From Perna viridis (Eukaryota): a stretch of 64,000 nt of DNA. The stretch covers positions 12,716,551 through 12,780,550 of the forward strand of contig CM074523.1 of assembly GCA_037379345.1 (NCBI GenBank), given 5' to 3'. The notes below the pieces were generated by a model. That model worked only from the letters and a program-made list of their open reading frames with translations. It ran no database searches and had not been told where the DNA came from. This document shows, in pieces, positions 1 to 13,279 of the stretch. The position numbers and the translations under genes are program-made. The stretch's first letter is position 1. Every line of letters begins with the position of its first letter.

Positions 1-620
1 CAAACACGATGACTTTTCATTCCGTATTGTCCAATTTCCTTTCTGCTGTGCCAACACCCCTTCAGCGGCGCCTGTTGATGGAGTTTTTTTTATGTCGATT
101 ACAACTCATGCATTATGCCAGTGCTTGCTATAACTATGCTGACTTATTGTACCCTGCTAGACGTTTTTACAGGGTTATGGTTGTGCAAAATTAAAAGTAG
201 TTATAATTACAGAAATTCTATAGTAATCATCATGAACACATAGATTATTACGGTGTATATATCTGCAACATGCCGCCGGTTTTGTTCAGTGTGCCATATT
301 AACCTTGGTCTTCTGCATCGAAGCTGGACGTGGCATAGCAAGTATTTATAGCGAAAAAAAAAAACAGAAAACGCTCCTGGTATTTACTTCCGTTTTTTTT
401 TTTTTTTTTTGTGGATACTGGATGTTTATTTACTTTTGTTTCTTTGTAAGTGTTAGTTTGCTTTTATCACGTTCCTTGATGTTTTTTTTTAATTTCCCGT
501 TTTGTCTTTATCCTTTTTATTCAGTATTTTGCAGGTACTTATTTGTCTGTATTTTCGATATATTTCGTTGATGTATTTTCTAAATCTAAATTTCAGTTAT
601 CTTTTCAATGTCAAATTAAT
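1..620 (+). mobile_element. Degenerate Penelope-like retroelement 3' fragment (RT thumb region plus 3' UTR)
   Basis: Decayed DDFSFRIV.FPF...NTP and KFY..HHE motifs, colinear with the better copy at 49255-50172, followed by a T-rich 3' UTR. Confidence 0.75.
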
Positions 621-1150
621 TATGACTGTGTCCTCGAACAATGATTTTTGGAAAGCTATGCTAATTTACCAAGTGAGCTTTCAAAATTAAGACAATAGGA
701 ACCGTGTTAAGGCACCTTCTTTTCACCTACATCATAGCTCAACACTACCCACGCCATAAAGAAATAGATTAAAAGACTGTCGGACCAGATTATTACTTGC
801 ATGAAAATGACATAGGATGTGTCCATGTTATCTACCTCTGGAATGCCGAACATTATTTCAAGAATAAGAATATCATCAGGTGCACAAACAAATATTCAAA
901 TAATTTGTAAATTGATTCATTTCTAGTACATCTCCTTTATATCTTCTCTGATAAACTGTAAACGTATTGACTTTTGGGGAAAGAAAACCGCTAGTATACG
1001 TAAAAATATTTAAACGCTATATGACGCTAATTAATTTTTAAAACCGCAAACATAGATACCTGCGATTATGTTCAAAATGAGTAAAAACTTAGCATCCCCA
1101 AAAAAGTATACGTTTGAAGGGACCTTTTTTCACTTTTGCAAATTTAGTGA

Positions 1151-1814
1151 TCAGTTATAAAAAATATACAAAAAATGTATTACATTTATGACAGAAATGA
1201 ATAAAATCTGTGTCCTGTAAAAAGATAGAGTGTAATTAATAGTGTTGCTTGTATTGTTAGTGTGAAATGGACCAATTGGACATTGTTTCTGAGAAAAAAA
1301 ATTGTGACATTGAAAATTAATGATAACGTGAAGTAGTTCTTGGTAAAATTGCTCCTGCCTTTTGTTGAATTGCTTACACGGATGTAGATTTCCATCATAC
1401 CGGCAGTCAGTTGGTTTCTTGCAAACATCCTTTTTCTTCTCTTCTTCTTTCTGTGTACAGATTACTCGGACCTGTCTTGGACCAGTTCCAGGGTTACCAC
1501 CTTCAAATAAATCGCAGTCACAATTTTCTATTAACATCTGCACAGGAATTTTTGCCGCGCTTATTACTCGCAATTGACGTTTTCGTCTTGATTGACAATC
1601 GCATTCGTTCGTCGGTTCATCCCAACAATAACCGCGTCGCGCCACACACTGTCGTTTACTATGAGTTTGCTGAGGTCTTCTTAATACTTCAAACGGACTT
1701 TGTCTGACACTAGTTTGGGTTCCTACTCTTTTACTGGTGCTTGTTGGTCGCCTCCCCCATGATTCGTCGTATGTTTTTTATATATAGTATACCCAGAAGG
1801 AATACTATCTTCAT
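1151..1814 (-). CDS. Cys-rich, probably secreted or membrane-anchored protein of about 220 aa, with an apparent 1-nt frameshift (assembly error or young pseudogene)
   Basis: Acceptor tttatttgcag lies just before the ATG at 1814, which opens a hydrophobic start MKIVFLLGILYI. Removing one base from the T6 run at 1774-1779 joins it to a stop-free frame running to 1151, with 12 Cys, dibasic sites (RR, KR, RRKR) and a hydrophobic C-terminus. Confidence 0.6.
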
Positions 1815-3067
1815 TCTGCAAATAAAACAAAAATTCTTAAAAATAGCAGTTAAAATTTTACAATTGATTCTATAAAACATATTTGATATATTTTCTATGT
1901 TTTCGAAAGACATTATATAATTACAGAAAAATATAAATTGTGTAGCTATTCCCATTATTTAGGCATTTCGTAAAATTCATTGATAGCCGATCTTGACAAA
2001 CAATACACTATTGTATTATTCAACATTTGGTGAGTACGGTTCTTGAATATGTTTCAGAATGCTTCAATATTTTATGAACACGGAATTGTCACATGAGATA
2101 TGGTGTTGTGGAAGAATCCATTATACGAAAGTATCATTTCATCGTTTGCTTAATTTCAACATCATGACAAGGTCGCCGAGGTGTATGTCTTAAGATGTTG
2201 AAATTAAACTACTAGAATTAATATTTTGCGATATTCTTCTTTTATTATAAAGCCTATTATCTCGGATCAAATCGAATCTTGATGAGCCAATTTAAGAATA
2301 AAACAGCTCTATAAATAGTCATATTTGATAAAAAATACTTTTATGTGACTTATTTTACAATTTGCCTGTTTTAGCAGTTTAAATTAGGTTTGACGAAATT
2401 GTACAAAACACTTTGAAAATAAATTCATTGAACCTGTAATTTACTGGAATCTTGAAAACGGGTTTGAATTTCTAACCAACAGAAATGCTTCTAACAAATG
2501 ATTCAATTAATCGCTTAAAACGCATATCTAAATCGGAAATGATGCACATTTCCTTTTTATTTTGCAAATAACAAATTCAAAGGCAAGAAGGAAACGCTGT
2601 CCCACTCCATACCACTCCTCATTTTCAAGCCATGGCTTTGAAATAGAAAGCATTCAAAGGACAGAAAACGATTCATGAATTTGGTTAAAAACTTTCTTAA
2701 AGTTATGAGGAAACATTGGACATTAAAGTCTGTAGACCATCATAAATAGCTAACGTAGTACTAATCTACTTCGTACCTCCTATTAAAGGTAAATTAACAA
2801 ACCACTATTTCTCCATTAGCTAGGGTAGTCGAATATATATGAACGGGTATTATGTCATGAGAGTAACGAGTTTCGATCGCAGTTTGTTCTTTCGTAAATC
2901 AAGAAATTACACGATAAACTAAAGTTAATGAGGAAACAGTACGAATATGAATGATACTGATAGCAAAAGATAAATCAAATTGAAACATATACTGCTTTTC
3001 ATATGTTCAAAATTAATTCGAAAACAATGAGTTTGTAGTCCTTCCGAAATTGACGACAATTGATGAA

Positions 3068-3945
3068 AGAGTAAGCAAGGAAACCAAGGTTATACCAGTA
3101 ATTTAAAGAATGTAATCCAGGAACAAAGACCAGACATGGAAAACAGACATAAACAACAAAGAACATAAAGTAATGAAATAATACATGCAAAGTAACAAAA
3201 GCAAATGAGCAACTCGGACTCCAATAAAAACTGGGAGAATAGACCAGGTGCACCGGTAGGGATAGCATCCCCTGCTTTTCTAGAAACATCAATCGAGTTG
3301 CTCATAAAAAAGTCAAGTCCGGGGTAGACGAAAGAGGAAAGAAAAACAATGACACATAGAACAAATCAGTTTTCATGGCGCAGATGGATACATGGTAACG
3401 ATCCACGAGTTCATGATGACGACCATAAAATTTCTGTGTTGATGAATTCAATCTTGTAGCAACATGACCTTGTTCCAGCAGCCTATTTGTTAGAACTCTA
3501 GTGCTATACAAAAAGTCTGCTTAGTTTCGGAAACTCTGGCATAACGTATGAGTTGTAATATATGACCACTACATACGCAGGTACAAAAGGAATGTTGCCA
3601 CAGATGAAAGGAAAGAATGAATGAAAAGTCATTACGTTTGTCGAAAAGTTTGGTCCATAGTTTTCCTTTACCATTGATTTCCGAGTGTAAGTCAAGATAT
3701 GAGACTGATTTAACAGTGTCTGTAGTAACCTTTATCTCAAGTTATTTGGGATAGATGCGATGTATCAAATCCCCAAAATTAGGATTGTCCAAAGAAAATA
3801 CATCTATATAGCGGAAAATCAGATTAAAGGATCTAGCTAAATATATTCTTTCTTCCGGATCAGACCAGCCATAACGCCAGCCTCATTAGAGTGAAGGAAT
3901 AGGTCAGCAAGTAGAGAAGCACAATTTGTTCCCATTGGATTGTGG
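3068..3945 (-). mobile_element. Penelope-like retroelement, 5'-truncated (RT palm/thumb plus 3' UTR)
   Basis: Frameshifted PMGTNCASLLADL, FRYID, FPFICGNIP..PAY and LLEQG..ATRL.SS.QKFYGRHHELVDRY motifs, then the shared 3' UTR. Confidence 0.9.
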
Positions 3946-4299
3946 ATGCATTAAAATCAAATATTTACATTTCAATTCAAACACAATTAAATGGCTTCTA
4001 CTTTGATTTTCAGTTTAATGAAATCCACATCTAATAATGCCTTTGCTAATATTTGCAAAATTGTAGACTTTCTAAGGTATGTTTTAAAGTATATATTGCT
4101 TTTATGCAACTTCGTTAGTTGCGCCTTGACGTTAAGCATCTATGTAGATATAATAACACAGCGGAAGCAATTGGGACGCTATTTGGGATCCTTGTGCTAC
4201 ATATTCCATATTGGCGTAACCTAATCAGAGTTGGCATTGATTCGGCAATATTTCATTATTTTGGTATTTTGTTGTTAGACTTTAAGATGTGTGTTATTT

Positions 4300-5420
4300 A
4301 AGAAGAAAATAAGGCAACAACAATTAAACATAATCCACGGACAAAAACTAGACAAAAGCAAAAAGACCCACACAAAAAATGTAAAAAAAAAATGAAATGA
4401 TAAGGCAGAACCTGAATTCTACCAAAAATGTAGTATAGACCAGAAAAAAGGTAGGCGTCCTCTGCTTTTCGAGAAACACAACAGAACGAACAAAGGGTTG
4501 ATGGTGAAGACCATGATACATTGATTATAGTGGCAACATAGCCTTGTTCTAGAAACCATATAATTAGCACGATATTGTCAAAATCACAAACCATTCTTTG
4601 AAGGACTTAAAAATCGCAATCGTCGCCATAGATTAGATATGAGTCTCCCTTTCCATTGATCTCTAAGAAAAAGTCAAGATGATTCGCTGGCTTTATACTG
4701 TTGCATTTTCTTTAATGCAAGTTCATTGGAGAAAAACAATGCATGAATCCCCATAGTCAAGGATAATTTAAAAATACAACTTAATCTATGTAACGGAAAC
4801 TGCGATCAATGGGTCTGGCTTAAAGATGTTCTTGTGTATACAATAAGTTAATAAATCGGCCCAATTAGGGTGTAGAAATAGATCACGAAGTAGTGGATTT
4901 AATAACGCATTTCTTTCAAAACACGTGCAAGAACATCATCTATTTTCGATTGAAACATTCAGCAATATTACAATATCTTTGTCGACATATTAAGGACTTA
5001 ACTTAGATATTTTTTTACAAAGTATGTAGAATTTCTGCGCAGTACTAAGTATTTTTCACCAGGTGTCCATCATTCTTGGAGTGACAAAATTATACAGTGC
5101 TAAGTAATATAATATAATAATTGAGTTGGGGTTTCAACTTGGCATACGAAACATCAGTACATTTGGTATAAAGAGTTAAAAAATGAAAGGTCATAAAGCA
5201 GTTATTTTCCGATAATAATCAATCTAGCATTTTTTATTTACAGGATCCAAATGAATAGATACGAGATTAGCACATTTCCTGGTAAGACCGGGCATACTCT
5301 TTGACACCTTTGAGTATGGAAATTTTATAGGAGGCTGTGGAAGTACAGTTTACTTGTCCAGCCATAAAACAATTGTTTCTATGAAATATAGCGAAGTTTA
5401 AGAATAGAATACATGGTCAG
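4300..5420 (-). mobile_element. Older, diverged Penelope-like RT fragment
   Basis: Decayed WIL.N, F.SLYT, FRYID and LEQGYVAT segments in the expected order, ending in the family 3' UTR. Confidence 0.75.
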
Positions 5421-5474
5421 ATAATAATAATCATCTTCTTTTGTAGAGAGACAGAAAGAGCATAGAGTAGACTT

Positions 5475-5680
5475 ATGAGGCAGCAGTAAAATGAAGCCTC
5501 AGTATAGTTATTCATAGGCCTAATATTTCCTACGTTACCCTGTAATTATCAGCATTGAATTACTACGCCCTGGATCGCACTTATAAGGTTGTAGTAATGA
5601 AGCCTCATTGTAGTTCTTAATACGGGTAATATTTCTTACGTTAACATCCGATTATCAGCATTGGATTACCACGTCTTGCG
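5475..5680. repeat. Diverged tandem duplication of about 110 bp
   Basis: Two copies of atgaagcctca...taatatt.c.tacgtt...attatcagcattg.attac.acg. Confidence 0.8.
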
Positions 5681-6999
5681 TCATAAAACAATGTTATTTT
5701 GAACTTTTATTGAAAGTCTTACAACATGCTTGACAACCAATTTCGACATTGCCTTGCTACGCGGTATTTGAAAAGTGCTGCACCATTTATGTAATTGGCA
5801 TACTTGAACATGCGTACATTTCAAAATTGAAAACATTTGTTCTAAATAGTTGTTATTCGATAAATCTTTAAAACGTTTGATGGTTACCTTTGTATATCTT
5901 ATAGTCTATTAATAAACGTTATATCCTTGTTTTTTTTATCAATATCATTATTTATATTTGATTCATACATATTAAGTGAAAAATAACATTTGTGCAGCAT
6001 ATCGAATAAGCATTGTTTATATGACTAGAATTTGTACTTGAAAACCATTTGTCATAGATCACTGCAACTCCTGGTAGATCACAGGTCCTGAAAGGCAGGC
6101 AACAGCCCACTAGTCGGACTTGTCTGATCCGAATAACACCACTCACGTTTTGAAATCGAAAATTGCATTAATAAAAACATTTTAAACCCTAAAATAACTG
6201 CATCGATTTCATTTGCTTTGATCACGGCGGAATGGTGAAAGCTTGGAAAGGGTCTCCTTTTTCGATATTTTTGGTTTTTTGTACTTCATAAAATAATATT
6301 TTTTTTCATTTCGATTTTCCTATATTTAGTTTTTTATGCTACTGATTACAGGTTGTCCACTGAAACTTGTTTACGAAATTCACAATATTTAAGATTGGTG
6401 TAATTTGTATTTATCCATAATTTATGACATTGCTCTTGTCATTTGACGTCCTTCCAATAGGTAGCATATCTCAGTGATGCAAGCATATGCAAATATGGTG
6501 TAAGATTGTATATTGTGCTGCTGATCTGTAAAGTGACCAAACGTACGATTCGAACCAAGATATGATAAAGAAAGAAGAAAGAAGAACTCACTACCATTCA
6601 ATGAAAAAGGTTTCTTTAACTTCTACAAAATCCGGTCTCAGCATTTGGAGGAGGGCCTTTCTTCGTAGTGTTGTCTTTTACCTAATGGATCTACCACAGC
6701 TTGTACTCTAGCATAGTGCAAAAAATATAAAAATCTTACAAGAATTTCTTCGTCGTTGTTCGGAAGCTTTATCCCACTCTATTCCGGTCGTTTTCGAAAA
6801 ATTCAAAATTGGTTACAAACATAGTCACTGCGGACAAATAAAAGTGCACTTCCAAAATTTATCGCATACCTCTTCGACATTGACTGAAAAATTCTAAATT
6901 ATTTACAAACATAGACACAAATAAAGCAGCCTTCTTCTATGTTTTCCGATATATTTGACTTAATTTTGAATATATGACAAACAGATTGTTACATAGTAT

Positions 7000-7146
7000 T
7001 CATCACGTGATTGCTCATTTGCTTCTTTTACTGTGTATGTATTATTTTAGTTATTTTATGTGTATGTCTGTTTTCCATGTCTGGTCAGTTTCCCTGGATT
7101 TCATTCTTTTGATTACCGCTGGAAACTTGGTTCCCTTGATAACTCT
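7000..7146 (+). mobile_element. Penelope-like element, 3' terminal fragment
   Basis: ttgctcatttgctt...cttggttcccttgataactct matches the family terminus. Confidence 0.85.
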
Positions 7147-7599
7147 CAAGATCATCAAATATATGACAAATAATTCAAAGGATAGTTTAACAAATTAACG
7201 AATTATCATTTAAATGCAGTCATATCAAGATTTGTAATAATTTGTAGTAATAATTAAATGTGAGGAAGAACCATTACCAAAATTCATATTTTTTTCCGAT
7301 TATCCGAGGCTCCAAGGCTAATTAGAAAAGCGGTAATACACAGTTGATTGTCATTGAATTTAACAGTTGACAGGATTAAAAACAAGTGACGAAAATTCCA
7401 TTCCAAAAAAACATTTTTAAAAGTGTTTTTAAATAAAAACCTTTAAATAATAATCGGCAATTTAACAAACTTAAAAATTATCTAGTTAAAAAATAAGTAG
7501 ATATTGAATCGATCCTGATAAAGAAAGGCGGAAAAGATTTAAAATAAAAATTATATGAATCAATAAAATCAGTGGTATAAAAAAAGTTTTCGTCTATCT

Positions 7600-8070
7600 A
7601 AAGTCAGTTTCCAGATTTTGGCACAAGTTTGAATCATTATTACTTCTTGGCAAGCTAGAAAATTTGACAGTTCTTAGAATTTGTCAGGTCATAAAGGTGT
7701 AGAAATTTCTCCGTAATTGTATGAAAAAAACTCGCATCTAATATCGTCATACAATGGACATTCGAGCAGGACGTAATCTCCGTTTTCAATATTATCGTTG
7801 CACACAAAGCAAGTACTTTCATTCGGTTGTAAACGTTCAAAACGTTCTTTTTCAATCCGCATTGGTGCAACCCTCATCTAAATTGTACATATGCTCTGCG
7901 TTGAGCAGGAGATGGTATAGCTTTGAGATAAATTTTGCATTCTATATCAGTTTTGAATGTTCTATATGTTTAAAGTTCAAAGTTCAAAGTTTATTACCAC
8001 CAGTAACACCACGTACTGAATTATCACGATTCATATCATTTATCATTTGTTTAAAAGTTAATTCTCTATT
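7600..8070 (-). mobile_element. Non-LTR retrotransposon (LINE) ORF2 C-terminal fragment
   Basis: GGNKL..., then VAPMRIEKERFE...CFVCNDNIENGDYVLLECPLYDDIR, a degenerate form of the LRIETGRY...CxxC...EDExHxLLxCPxYxxxR tail of invertebrate LINEs. Clade not assigned. Confidence 0.85.
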
Positions 8071-10684
8071 ACGGTAATAGCACTCAGATTATGAACATTA
8101 GTGCTATTGTACAAATTGCCGATGTTACATTGTCATACTTCTGGAGAAGTCTACAATTCGCGTTATTGCCTGTCTTGTGTCTCCTGAAGTTCGTGTTTGC
8201 CCAATCGTCGATTCTCAATACTATTTTTTTCAAAATAATATCTCTTGCAGAAATAAGACAAACCTATACGAGAACACTGAAGTGTAGAAAAATATTTGAA
8301 TATGTTGTTAAAAAGCGGAAGAAAATACTGAGAAGTTCTACTTACTGAGGAACGTATGTAATAAACAAAGTGAACACAAACACATTATTTTGATGTTGAA
8401 AGCTACCATGATTGTCTTTCTTTGGTCACAAAAAGTAAATTTTGTTGGTAAAGTTTGTTGGTATGTTTTGGAATATTAGGTCAATGAAAAAATAATTTTG
8501 TCGACCATTTTAATAAAAGAACAGATCATTTGTTGGCAGCTAAATCTTTACACAGTACAAAATCATTAATAGTTTATGAAGCATGCAAAAGCATACCCCA
8601 ACAAACATTAAATGAGAACTACTATGAAACAAAGAAAAACACATTTCGGACTGAACTCTTTTGTTATTATAATTTACAGTGCTGCAAGAAAACATTATAA
8701 AGATCATAACCCTTATTAGAAGCGTGAATCAAGACCCCAGGAAAACCTTATGCTGGCAGTCAAACCATTTTTAATATTGAACACGAATACTGTGATGCGT
8801 TGGCAATCTATGTGATACCAATGGAATCCCGCGGCCCATTTCCATTTATTCTAAAGCTTTTCAGTAATAATGTGAGAAAAATGCTTAGACGTAAAAGATT
8901 ATACTTGTCACTAATAGAAGTCTTATGAAAAAGGAAAATAAGGAAAAGTAAGTGTTCTTCAGCGTAAACAGAAATGTTTACAGTGAGCCATCCAAGTCGC
9001 ACGAAAAGTGTTATCAAAAGACGCCTACTATTCAGTTTAATCAAAAATAATTTTTAGTCAAACATAAAGATAAATTGATAAATTGCAACTTATAATAAGT
9101 GTCCGTAAAATATCAATAATTGTATCATATACACAATCAAAAAGATATAACCTACATGAAATTGATTAATTCCTGACAATAACATGTACATGAAAAATAA
9201 AATTATAGAAGATGCAAATGGGTGTTTTTCTCACTTTCCGATTGAATGAGATTCTATATCAACACAGAACAAAATTATCAAACACATTTGGATAGGTTTA
9301 TATAGTTCCTTATGCATCGGATAGCTCAACAAAAGAAAACTCAAGAAATAAGGTATTGTTTTCTCACTAACGAAACAGAAAATCTTATATTTAACTGTGC
9401 GATGTTTCCTTATCTCACACACGGTCGTGACAAAACACTTGTACTTTCCAAAACAATGGCACAATTGAATAAAAGATTATTAAACGATCCTGTCTTACCA
9501 TTACCGTATAGGTGTTTTATCGAGAATAACTGTTGATTGATTATTTCTAGCAGTTCGTTCATACTGTTTTGAAGTGATCTACATACACCTGGTCGTAAAG
9601 TATCACTGACTTGAAACGTTACAATCACCTGTTAAATGTAGGTCATTTCAGTTAAAACATTTAATCGGACATGTATGATTTGGAAATCTCGGGAAAACTG
9701 TAATGGTTTTCTCGGGCGTCTAAAATATACTTATCTTGCTCTTGTACCGATGTTAGATTCTCACCTAATGTATTGAGTTTTAGACATTAGTCAAAGTAGA
9801 TGATTTCGAAAATACACGGGATGAAAGCGCATAGTGTTTGCATTGTTCTGAATTAATTTAACAATAAATGAATGCAAAATATTTATAAACGACTGGCGCT
9901 GTTGTCATTCAAGATATATTGTAGATGATGGAAGGTTGTCTTTGGTTGATGCAGTGACCCAAATGTCTACTCTATCACATCGCTCATTTAAACAAGGTAT
10001 CGCTAAATTACATTTGTTTATTTCGGTTGATATTTAACCATTTCAACATTATTCACATAATTAGAAACTGTTTAGTTTTAATTAGAATTGAATATCGCTT
10101 AGTTAGGAATTGCATCTGGGGTTACTCCATTATAGTAAATGAGACCTCCTTTAGACTCATGAAGAGGAGCTTCGTTATTGCATCTTTACTATTATAAAAA
10201 AATGATACATTTGATTGTGACGAAGTCGTCCTCAATTTCAGACTTAGAGACGAGAAGGAAGTGTTTCAATTTTTCAATATATTTGCTTACATCTAACGGA
10301 CTAATCTGTGAGTACTAATGGAAAATGAAAATGAATTGGAAGCATGTTTTTAACAGAAAATGCAATGTCTCTATATTTTTCTATATTAACATTTTTGTTG
10401 TTATATTAATGTTTAAGTTATCTTTCTTTGACGATTGAAACCGTTCGTTTGTCATATGATTGTAATTCAGATTTAAATTTTACTGTTTGTATCTGTTTAT
10501 CATTGCATAAGGTACTATTACAGATTAGTTTATGAAAACCTAGAGATTGTTTTAATTGTAACTGATATCATTACTGATAAGTTTTCTAGTGATGAATGAA
10601 ATTTGATTTCAGGTATGCCCTATTTTATTTCATATATGAGACAGTAATTATAGTAATGGTAAAATTATCCTTTTTGAAACAAAG

Positions 10685-11140
10685 TGTGATGACTTACCCA
10701 TTTTGTATTCTATTCCCAAACTTCATAAGAATCCATACAAAGATAGGTATATAGCTTAATATTCCTCTTGCGTCTTGAAGAGGATGTCAATTCACCTTAG
10801 CAAGATATTGTCCGTAGTGGTCGATGGACAGCAATTTATTTGCAATACAACCTGTTCTCGTAGTATGTGAATATATATATATTAATCATAAGTGGATACT
10901 TAAAGTACTAAAGATTAACTTCAACACCTAAAATCCCGCAGTTTTCGGAAACTAGTTTTCTCCAAATTTTGATTTCTCAACTCTTTACATTAAAATGCAG
11001 AATGATATATTGAAACCTCGTTTGAAAAACGTTTTCTTAAATCTTTTGCTGATTCATAAAATTATGATGTTCTTGGTTACAAATCCACATATTTTTCTAA
11101 ACATCACAGAAGGGGCCTACACTGAAAACAGGTTTGCGAT
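10685..11140 (+). mobile_element. Penelope-like RT N-terminal fragment
   Basis: Translates as DLPILYSIPKLHKNPYKDRYIA, later WILK and FDFSTLY, with stops and frameshifts. Confidence 0.85.
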
Positions 11141-11594
11141 ATGCTATACAAGAAGCTATTTTCCATAAATGACCACTACATGATACTGTTCTCCTCTCCT
11201 AGCCGATTTGGCCGATATCATAAATTTTCTTTACCTGTGCAGCAATATACAGTCATCCCTTGTATATGGTGTTCACATTTCACAATTAATTCGCTACGCA
11301 AGTCTGACTTCCATGAATGCCATAAATATCTATCTGCGTGTCAGTCTCCTGACTCAGGGGTAAGAAAAAATGCGCCTCAAATGGTCTCTTACAAAATTTA
11401 TTTTAGATATCAGTCCATGGTTGAAAATACCCAGTTTCTTATAACAGAAAGAGTAATGGTTGTTATTTCATATTTTTTTTAAACATTTCTTTGTAATGAC
11501 GTGACCACTGATTAACCGTTTACGACGAAATATCATGCAAATATTATTGCTTCATCACTGGTATATTCACACTGCAATGGCAGAAGGAAGGTAA

Positions 11595-11770
11595 GTGCTC
11601 TAGAAATCCTAGATTTAAACCACCATTTTATTTGAAATGCCCGTACTTAGTCAGGACCATTGCGGAACTATATACTCCGGTGGTGTTATATCTATTTTAC
11701 CATAATTATCTAGGACTTGACTTGATCATGGTTCGGATTATTGTTCGGTAATTTTGTTGTGACCCTTATT
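11595..11770 (+). mobile_element. SINE remnant with a Meta-domain-like core
   Basis: tttaaaccaccatttt...aaatgcccgtacttagtcagga resembles the bivalve MetaSINE central region (recalled, not aligned). Confidence 0.45.
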
Positions 11771-12774
11771 TTTCACATTTTTTGTTTTGTTTTGTGTTGT
11801 CAAATTTTTGTTTTAACGTTTGATACATCCTGATGCTTAATCTGTAGAGGGGAATACATTAGGTAATTGCAGTAAACCCACACCTACCGCCATAACCGCT
11901 TTTTGTGGTAATATAAACGATCTTAGTGACATGATACATAATCACAGACCAAGTGGTACGTAATAAAACTATTCTTGAGACATGGGCAAACCATTAGAAC
12001 ATACAGGTTTAGACTTAAAAAATGTCAATGAGCGTCTACAGGCGACAGTTTGATTAAAATAACTACATAATGTCTTAAGGTCTTTAAATGGTAGAGACAT
12101 TTCAAGGATTGGCGATTCAACAACAAATTATCGTGAGATTTTCCTTTGATTTTACTTATTTTAACATAAAGGACTTGCACTATGCATTCTATTATAGGAT
12201 ATGACAATATATTACTGCATTGTTCCGACGATCAGATTTAACATAAACTACAATCGATGGTTACTGAATTCAAACGTAGAATATGACATACTTCGTGCTA
12301 ATTTTGTAAGGGGAAAATATGTTCCTTTTAAAAATTTCTGTATGATATTTGTTGAGGGCATTTCAAAGAATCTGAAGTCCTTTAAATAGTATGATATACG
12401 AATTAAACCAATGAACTTAGAATTACTAATGTTCTGATTTGAGGCAGAGATCTGCATCTACTGTGCACGTACGGCAGTTTAATAGATTGGACAAGTTTTC
12501 TCATATCTAGTAGCAAATTATCTATGATAAGTGACATAACCATCGTAAAGAATTCGATACCAGATAGCGTTGTTCTTCCGCTAATAACTCCCGCTTTCTA
12601 TCATTACTATCAAACGAACGTGTTAAAAAACAACATTAACATATAACTTAGAAATTTAACAACCAAAATACTATATCATTAAAGCTCAATTTCGTTAGAG
12701 TGATGATAAAATGTATTCATCTACACCATTAGAACAGATTTGTTCACAGTGTCATAGTTTTCGTAACTTCTTTC

Positions 12775-12980
12775 GTCTTACACGGAAATGACAGTTCATT
12801 GTGTTTTTTTAGAATAGCTTAGGACACTTACAATACCGGTGCGCCTTGTCAATGCTCCCAGCTAATGAATTGCCCGGGTGGCTCAATTAGTTATGATTTT
12901 TTGTGCATGCTATTTTAGTTATCAAATGTTCTTTTGATATATGTGTCTAGTTTTCCTACTATGATAATCTTGGTCCAATT
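12775..12980 (+). mobile_element. Degenerate Penelope-like 3' UTR
   Basis: ggacacttac..taccggtgcgcct...atgctcccag...aatcttggt motifs in family order. Confidence 0.7.
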
Positions 12981-13279
12981 CTACGAGGACAAGAACCGAT
13001 ACAAATTAGGAAGGAAAATGGCATGTTTGTTAACACTAAATTTATTGAAACTTTAGGTATTATACAGACAATAACACTACACTGATTTGACATACAACTG
13101 ATATACAGATGAGGCTTAGAACTGCGAAAAATGGGAGGCTGTGTCGAACATTTTCACCAGTACAAGCCGAATTTGTATATAAAAAATATTTGTCAGTGCA
13201 TTATCATTGTCATGATACTGCAATAGAAATCGAAGACAAATGCCGTATAAGCATTCTAAATGATCTTCCAAGTATTCCG

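Noticed and set aside
2999-3305. Recurrent hydrophobic ORFs of the FFVVYVCFPCLVFVPGL type (also 6974, 13942, 18055, 26368, 44481, 61698)
   Set aside because: They are translations of the T-rich Penelope-like 3' UTR, not a membrane-protein family.
6590-6830. Minus-strand coding exon
   Set aside because: It looks coding in places, but every frame examined has stops and I recognise no motif.
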